A DNA stretch of 62,115 bases, counting the filler, from Choristocarpus tenellus KU-1152 (lineage: Eukaryota > Protista > Phaeophyceae): the NCBI GenBank assembly GCA_964200185.2. It is 10 parts of 10 records of this genome, joined end to end, with 100 filler letters (N's around TTAATTAATTAA, not from the genome) between each part and the next. Parts side by side here need not be neighbours in the genome. Positions count along the whole stretch, not along the records: positions 54,361 to 59,232 come from CAXNAD020012711.1; positions 59,333 to 62,115 come from CAXNAD020024797.1; 8 more parts are not named here. One strand, written 5' to 3'. Below are positions 55,440 through 62,115 of the stretch, piece by piece (the first letter of the stretch is position 1; every line of letters begins with the position of its first letter). A program made the translations under genes and the position numbers. Under the pieces are notes generated by a model. The model ran no database searches. It was not told the DNA's origin and was given only the letters and a program-made list of their open reading frames with translations.

Positions 55440-56010
55440 GGAGAGGAGTTAAGGAAGCATCCCAAGAATCTGTCAAACACATTTTTGTCCACCTGCCTGG
55501 TATCTCTAGGTTGAAAAAACACTCATTGTGCATCTCCAGGGAGCCACCTCTGCAGTGACGGACACTATCTGTTTCAAACGAGACTTGACAATCCCTTTCC
55601 TACAATATCCCCTAGCCCCTCTCCCCCGTACTGCATAGTTGGCCAACTCATCCACGAAACTCTCTGCTTGGATAACAAGGCGTTCAAAACCTCCCACCAC
55701 AAAAGTGCTAAGATTAAAGCTACGAGGGTAAAAAGATCTCTTGTAGTGGGTGTGCACTTTCGTGCCTCGGCTGCAGCTGCAGCTACACCATTGTTGGTGG
55801 ATGAATATGGCATTTTGGGAGGCTACTTGGACCTCTGGGAAAACATCCAGAAGAAGGCTCTTGTCCTGTCAGGGTAGGGAGCTTAGCCAGCGTCTGAAAG
55901 TGCCCCAGCATGGAACACCACATCCATGCGAAAGTTCCTCTCCACTGTAAACGGGCTACCACCCTCCCACTCAAGTGATGCCCATTCCCCTGCAGAGGCG
56001 GACCTTGTTA
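55440..56010 (-). mobile_element. 3' fragment of a CRE-like non-LTR retrotransposon (further fragments at 54361-54455, about 54700-54990 and 56300-56570)
   Basis: GVAAAAAEARK..HY..FYPRSFNLSTFVVGGFERL..AESFVDELAN..RKGIVKSRLKQIVSVTAEVA is a REL-domain C-terminus. The homolog at 54361 reads FAVESF..FMDELATHMVG. Confidence 0.75.
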
Positions 56011-58049
56011 CTACGTAGTATCTTTAGAGGTATGTTAGTATTGATAACTGTTGATTTATCTACAGAAGAAGTAGTCCTTGTCATATACTTCTGAAGAATT
56101 ACGTAGTAGTTTTGGCCTCAGTTTCCCCCCCCCCCTCTGACAAATCTGCAAAATGTCAGAGGGTATAATAGAAATATAGATAACATTTTGCTCCATTTAC
56201 ATAGAGTAATCGGTTTTCTTTCGCAGTCAAAACCGTTCAGCCAACATTGGAACTCTATATTTTGTAGGCTTTCTTTGTTCTTTGTATTACAATAAACGTT
56301 GGTAAGCAATCAGAGAGTTTCCTGAATGATGAGTTGACCAACCCATGCAGTAGGGGGGGGGTGGGCTAGGGGGCATATTGCAGGAACGGGACTGTCAAGC
56401 CTTGTTTGACACAGATAGTGTCCGTAACTGCACATCTTTCTCGAGACGCGCCATGCATGTTTTTCAACCTAGAGATATCAGCAGGTTGGCAAGATAAGGG
56501 TCCTGACAGATTCTTGGGATTTTCCCCTACGTATGATTTTGGAGGAGAAAACGATGTTGACCAATGACTGCAGGGGTGGGGTTGAGGCTAGGAATATGGT
56601 ATTGCTGTGATGCGTGAAGTGTAACCATCCCAATTTTACAGTTCAGCATTTTATAGTGTGTTTCAAAAGAGCAGAACCGCAGGGGTAGACAAAAGACCAT
56701 AACTGAGTATTCAGCAGAGTAAGCAAGAAATGCCTCGTCTCTTTACTATAGACAGTTGAATAATTAAAAATGTTGATAACTAAGTCCTGATGAAGGAGGG
56801 AACTGCTACCACTCCAATGACCAAGCACAATGTACGTGAAACATACTTCTAAGTACACCACATAAAAAAAAACTATTTACAAGCACAGCTGTAACATGGT
56901 AAAAAAAATGAATAAGTAGGATTTACATATTGGAGTGAAAGGACAGGGTACTCTTGTGAGTCAAAGTTCCCTAGAGGGGGATGGCATTGATCATTAGAGA
57001 CCTCTGTGACTGCCTTCTGAATTTACGTTATGTTTGGAATTGTGTATACAGGAGAAGGCAATTGGTTTCGTCTGGACAAATCTTCTACACCCACAGACTC
57101 CTGATGGAGTCTATGTACATTTGGGTCATGGAAATGGGACATCAGGCACAATATTTTATAGCCCCCTTTACGATCAAGAATGGCTGAAATCCTCCGCCCT
57201 CTGGGACTCTTTGTCTCTGCAACAGGAATTTGGAAGCATTGTTAATATGCTGAAGCAGCATCACCACCATCACAAAGGCAGGCTCAAGGTCCAAGAACAA
57301 ATACTTCTTGCCTTGCTTGATCTTGCAAGCAAGCGAGCAAGCTGAGAAGCAAACAAGCTGAGAATATAAGACAGGACAATACGCTATTCCTCTCAACCCC
57401 TAACTCCCCCAACAGACATTTCTAGCCAGCAGAGCAGCCACGAGCTCACTCTTCCCCCTCCCCAGCCCACTGGGCAAAAAGAGCAGTTAACATATTTTCC
57501 AGCACCCTTGAAACTCATCCACTCCCAACACACCACCCCATATTATCATTATTGTTGGGGCACAGCAAGCGGAAAGCATGAGTACATGCTGAGACAAGCA
57601 ACCTACACTGGACACAACCCCACAACACCAGAAAAACACACAACACTTTCCACTTTTTCCATGTAGTGACCACTTCCAGAGTAACAAGAGCCTCAACTAA
57701 CTCTCCAGCACTCAAAAGGCTCTGGCGCTGTTCTCACATAGATTTATAGATATATATATTTTCCCCCTCAGATTGCAGTTCTTAGAGAAAAGGGTTACTC
57801 TTCCACCAAAACAGAAGAGCATCGAAATATCACTGTTCTAAAAATCTTTTCCTGCGCAATAATACGCAAACCAAATAAGAAAAAAAAGACAAATTGTCTT
57901 CTTGTGAAAAGGATCAACCTCAACCTCCCAGAGAGGCGAGCCCACCTCCCCTGAAAATACCAACCCTACGACAAGAACTCCTGTGCATGTGTGCGCTCCT
58001 GTCAAGAACTCAAACAAAAGCCTACGCTACTGCGGGAGTGTCGCCAAGG

Positions 58050-59136
58050 TCACCAGGTAGCAATGAACACCTTCTTAGGTACATCAATCTTGAGAACGCG
58101 TCCTGGGACAGGCGGCAGCCCCTTGAGTTCCATTTCCTTCATGATATCAGCCTCTTCGCCTTCCCAGGCGGGGCGGATCAAGTGATTGGGCATGTATTTC
58201 TGAGGCACATCGAACAGCAACAAAACGAAGAAAAAAAAAGGGCAGCAGGAAAAGCACGGCAGTTAAAATAATAACGCAAAAATACCCCAAAATACCCCAA
58301 AATATAAATATATATATATATTCAAGTGTGAACCTTGGTGGGGGGGGGGGTATGGAAATGTTGTGAAAGGAAGGGTCATTGGCATATATTACTATTCAAG
58401 GATGAATGTTTATCCTACGGACGGATGTACACGCTGCTGTGATAGTAATAACATTACAATAATAATAACAACAAATACACACTTGTTCTTCGTATGTTTT
58501 CCTTAAAATGTATCTCCTTCTTCTTGACACTGTCAAAGTTCAGTTGGACAGGGGGGGAGGGAGCCGAGGGAGTTAAAAGAGAGAACACATATTCGAAACA
58601 TACACACAAAGGGACATTGAAAAAATAAATAACAAATACTGTAGTAGTACGGTGGGTGACAATCACCATGTACACAAAAAATAAAATAAAACGTCATGCC
58701 AAGGCAAAAAAACAAGCAAGTTTCAAAAAAGCACGACAATACATACAAGTATTATACAGCCCTACCACAACTGGACCACAGTGTGGTACAAAATTCATAA
58801 AGTACCACCCTCCCCTATCCTACCCAACTCTTTCAATTCATCCTCGGAGCTTGACCACAAAGTTCCAAAAGTCGCAAATCACAACTGGGCTCAGCACACA
58901 AGTGAGAAATATAACTTGAGGTCTCATGTTTGCCCATGTTTGCCCACACCCCCGAAGTCTTCTACACCAGCACATCCCAACTGCATCCTCGCCTGAATAG
59001 ACTTCTCCATTTCCTCTGTAGATGCAGACATGGTCGACCGAAGCCCCGTGGGATCGTACTTCAGCACGGCAGGGTTCTTGTTGCCTTGGGAAGGCGGTTT
59101 GATATCGCCTGAATCTGACTTGAGCAGTTCTGCTGC
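58050..59136 (-). CDS. Last two exons of a small conserved-looking protein, possibly a mitochondrial complex I accessory subunit (NDUFA7/B14.5a-like)
   Basis: Exons 59136-58993 (AAELLK..PPSQGNKNPAVLKYDPTGLRSTMSASTEEMEKSIQ) and 58199-58050 (KYMPNHLIRPAWEG..GLPPVPGR..IATW*), in phase via a GC donor. The family assignment is from recalled resemblance only. Confidence 0.55.
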
Positions 59137-59754
59137 CTGGATAAATTCACAGGGAGGGTTTGGGGGGGTGGGGGGGGGATGGCACGCGGGCAGGGCTGTT
59201 GTCAAGCAAGCGCAGCGAAAAGGGCGGTAGCANNNNNNNNNNNNNNNNNNNNNNNNNNNNNNNNNNNNNNNNNNNNTTAATTAATTAANNNNNNNNNNNN
59301 NNNNNNNNNNNNNNNNNNNNNNNNNNNNNNNNGTAATAAATAGTGCTTTGTATTCTGTAATAGTACTCCCCCCCCTTTGCCATTTGCTTCTGTAGAATTA
59401 TCTAAATTATGAGTCATACACGTATTTCATTCTTAGGAAGCAAGGGTTGTAAGAACATGCATCCTTTTGGTTCAATCTGACTTACAGTAGAGGGTTTTTA
59501 TTGGTGTAGTTAGTAATAAATAGTGCTTTGTATTCTGTAATAGTACTGCCTACCCCTCAATTTTGTTTTTATTGTAGTTTTGCTCTTATTGTTACTATTA
59601 TTTTTATCACATTTATAATTTTTGCTAACCCTAAACCTTAGATATCCTTACCATATTTTTGTATTAGTGATACTATTATTTCTGTTTTTGCTATCATTAT
59701 TATTACTATTGTTTGTAATAGTACAACATGATTGTGTTTATTTGTTATTCACAG

Positions 59755-60012
59755 ATGGCCTCTCTAGAGGAGGCGGAGGGTCTAGTAATGCTCGGTCAGG
59801 TGGCATGTGAAGGGCTCTCTGCAAAGGCAGGTGTTGGGGCAGATGGGGATGGAGGAGGAGGTGGGGTAGGAGTGACGAGGACGAGGCACAGTAGGAGAGG
59901 GGGGAGGGGAGGGGGAGGACGGGGGGGGGGAAGCACAGCTGTCAATGTTGAGAAGATCTTGGGAATGAGGTTGGAACGTATGGCAACAGCTTACCTGGAA
60001 GCTATTGATCAG
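59755..60012 (+). CDS. Isolated internal exon of an unidentified gene
   Basis: Acceptor ttattcacag at 59745-59754, a 258-nt open GC-richer frame (MASLEEAEGLVMLGQ..ERMATAYLEAIDQ) and a CAG|gcgagt donor, all within AT-rich flanks. Confidence 0.55.
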
Positions 60013-61229
60013 GCGAGTTCTGTACATTGGTCCCATGAGTTGAAGAGGGGTTGATTGTGATCTATGTTACAGTGTAACTTTTATGAAAATGTTGGTGATT
60101 GAATTTAACCTTGTTCCATCAGGAGGTTTACCTTCATACTCTCACACTGTCCCTTTTGACCTCTGTTTTCTTATTGGTCAGTGTGTATTTTGTTTTATTC
60201 TGGTTCTATTCTGAGGTAGCAATATTGATGGAGATATTGATGATGAATAGTGATGCAACCTTTACAGAGTTAACTGTGATTTTTGTGAACCTTGTACCTG
60301 CACCCTGTACAGCTTGGAAAAACAAGCGCTCCTTGGGCCAGAAGATGTATCTGTTTCAGGATCTGATCACTTTTTTGTATTAAGCAATGATTTTCTGTAT
60401 GTTCTTCCTCATTCTATTACAACCAAAGTAAATTCACATTCCTCTTATTGATAGCTCCATACATGCTGCTGTATGGGGCCACTAAATTTGTAATGAATAT
60501 ATACATAGATGTATACGTACTTGATTTTTGTAATTAGTACTAGTAACTGTACTCTTGTGAGTATTTTGAGGTATTATGTTCTATTAGTATTGTCCATCCC
60601 CTGTAATGTCAAAGTTGATGGGGGTATGGATACTCTAGATGTGTTAATTTGTAGATGTGGGTGTACAAAGTTAACAACAGTAATTGATGTTGAATGGTTT
60701 GTGTTCTGGGGAGGAAGGCAGTTCCCTCACCAGGTCTAGAAAACCCCTATTTTTTTAAGAAAGCGAGTAGTAGCTTGTAATAATCCTTAATAATTATTTC
60801 TAGCATTCACAAATGGATTGGTACAGTGCTGAGTATTCCTGTACCTGCAGTACTCTCCCATCAACTGAGATGGTAAGTCTGGGTCTGGATGAAAATGTGA
60901 TCTATCGTTCACAAAACAAATAAAAAGAAAATGAAAGGAGTGAAACGAATTGCTTGGGCCACCAGTGGTGCCCCTGCGCGCAGGCTGGATAATGGTCATC
61001 ATAAGCTAGCCGGTTCCTTCACTTCTGGGCCTGTTTTTTTTATGCCCTGAGTACCCCCAAGTGATCCCATATGCTCAATCAATGTCCTTTGCCACACAAG
61101 ATTGAACAAAGTCCAGTGTAAAACAGTCCATCTCCAGGGTGACACTCTATCAGGCACACATACTTGTCCTACCCCTCCACCCCTGCACATGGTTCTCAAT
61201 GGTTTTAGCATCGCAGCACACACCAATTG

Positions 61230-61270
61230 GTAGGGTCAGGGTCAAGGTTAGGGTTAGGGTTAGGGTTAGG
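61230..61270 (+). repeat. Interstitial telomere-like (TTAGGG)n
   Basis: tagggtcagggtcaaggttagggttagggttagggttagg. Confidence 0.75.
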
Positions 61271-62115
61271 TGGTTCTTGAACACCACAGGGCACACTGAG
61301 GACATTAAATGGATGACAGTCATTGGATCCGCATGTAGTCCAATGGGATGTAGGCGATTGTGCTTTTTGATGTGATGGGGGAGGACTCTTTCTTTGGCAA
61401 GCCGAACAGCTACAACTTCTGGTCCAATTCCAGAGCCTTGGTGTTTTGCAACAGCATGTAGCCCTGTGCCTGAGCTTCATTTCAAGGCACATCTCATTCA
61501 ATGGCACACAGGACAGGGTGATGACGTAAACAAATTGTATGGTGTTGCGAATCGAAAGTTTTATTAGTTTGAGTTAAATCGACCGACAATTTTTTAATGT
61601 ACGTGATTAAAATTGAATGTTTCATTTATTGGATGAATTGAGGCTTGCGAATTCTGAGCTCTGTGAGCATGGCAGGCAGATTGTGTTTGTGCAATGAAAA
61701 ATCATTTGAAAACTATCCCTCAATTTTCGGTTTTGAGCGATAGTGATTAAATTGAATTATGGTGATTCAATCACTATGATTCACAAGACCAGAAGATTCA
61801 AAGAAGTTTGGCGAAGGTGTTCAAGTACCCCTAACCTTATCAATGATGGTACTCTAGCAGACATTGTGGAGGGTATTGCAGAGGGCACCCATTGCTGCTT
61901 GTGACAAGGTTGATGGCATACTTTTCATATTGCATCCAAGGTACCCCTTACTCCTGTTGGTGCACCACACCTCAAGTGATGTTCAAAACAAATTTTGAAC
62001 AAGCACAGCTGAGACACAGAAACATTACTACGTATGTTACCAGCCGGGGGGGTGACCTCTCTATGAAGGGGCTTTAATACACGAGATCACTTGCTTTTTT
62101 TGGCTCTTTCAGCAC

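Noticed and set aside
57034-57345. 103-aa ORF with a His run
   Set aside because: No recognisable domain or splice support; follows a TIR-element end.
19899-59332. Regularly recurring TTAATTAATTAA palindrome between N runs
   Set aside because: Artificial scaffold linker, not biological. Missing thiolase 3' exons and ABC1 5' exons in neighbouring contigs argue against reading synteny across the linkers.

Overview
Eukaryotic, intron-rich, repeat-rich genomic DNA, probably from a stramenopile alga (an inference from intron style and repeat content; not provable here). It consists of 10 contigs joined by artificial 100-bp N-TTAATTAATTAA-N linkers, so adjacency across linkers is unreliable. Manually spliced genes, all with phase-consistent exons: (1) a large minus-strand TPR / low-complexity / calponin-homology protein (10861 to <324); (2) an ABC1/UbiB atypical kinase (19882-14395, partial); (3) a mitochondrial acetyl-CoA acetyltransferase (thiolase; 39519 to <34426); (4) the 3' end of a small, possibly complex-I accessory protein (59136-58050); plus one orphan exon. 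Four of 24 inferred splice donors are GC. The rest is transposon debris. The main signal is a large, diverse set of non-autonomous TIR elements sharing the terminus G-N4-AAAGTATC, several with 4-bp TSDs, frequently nested in one another, plus a degenerate Sola2-like transposase. Also present: a DD39D mariner end with a Stowaway-like TIR, a Ty1/copia remnant, CRE-like non-LTR fragments, LTR ends, satellites and interstitial TTAGGG. No tRNA, rRNA or CRISPR array was recognised, and I found no clearly new intact multi-gene system.
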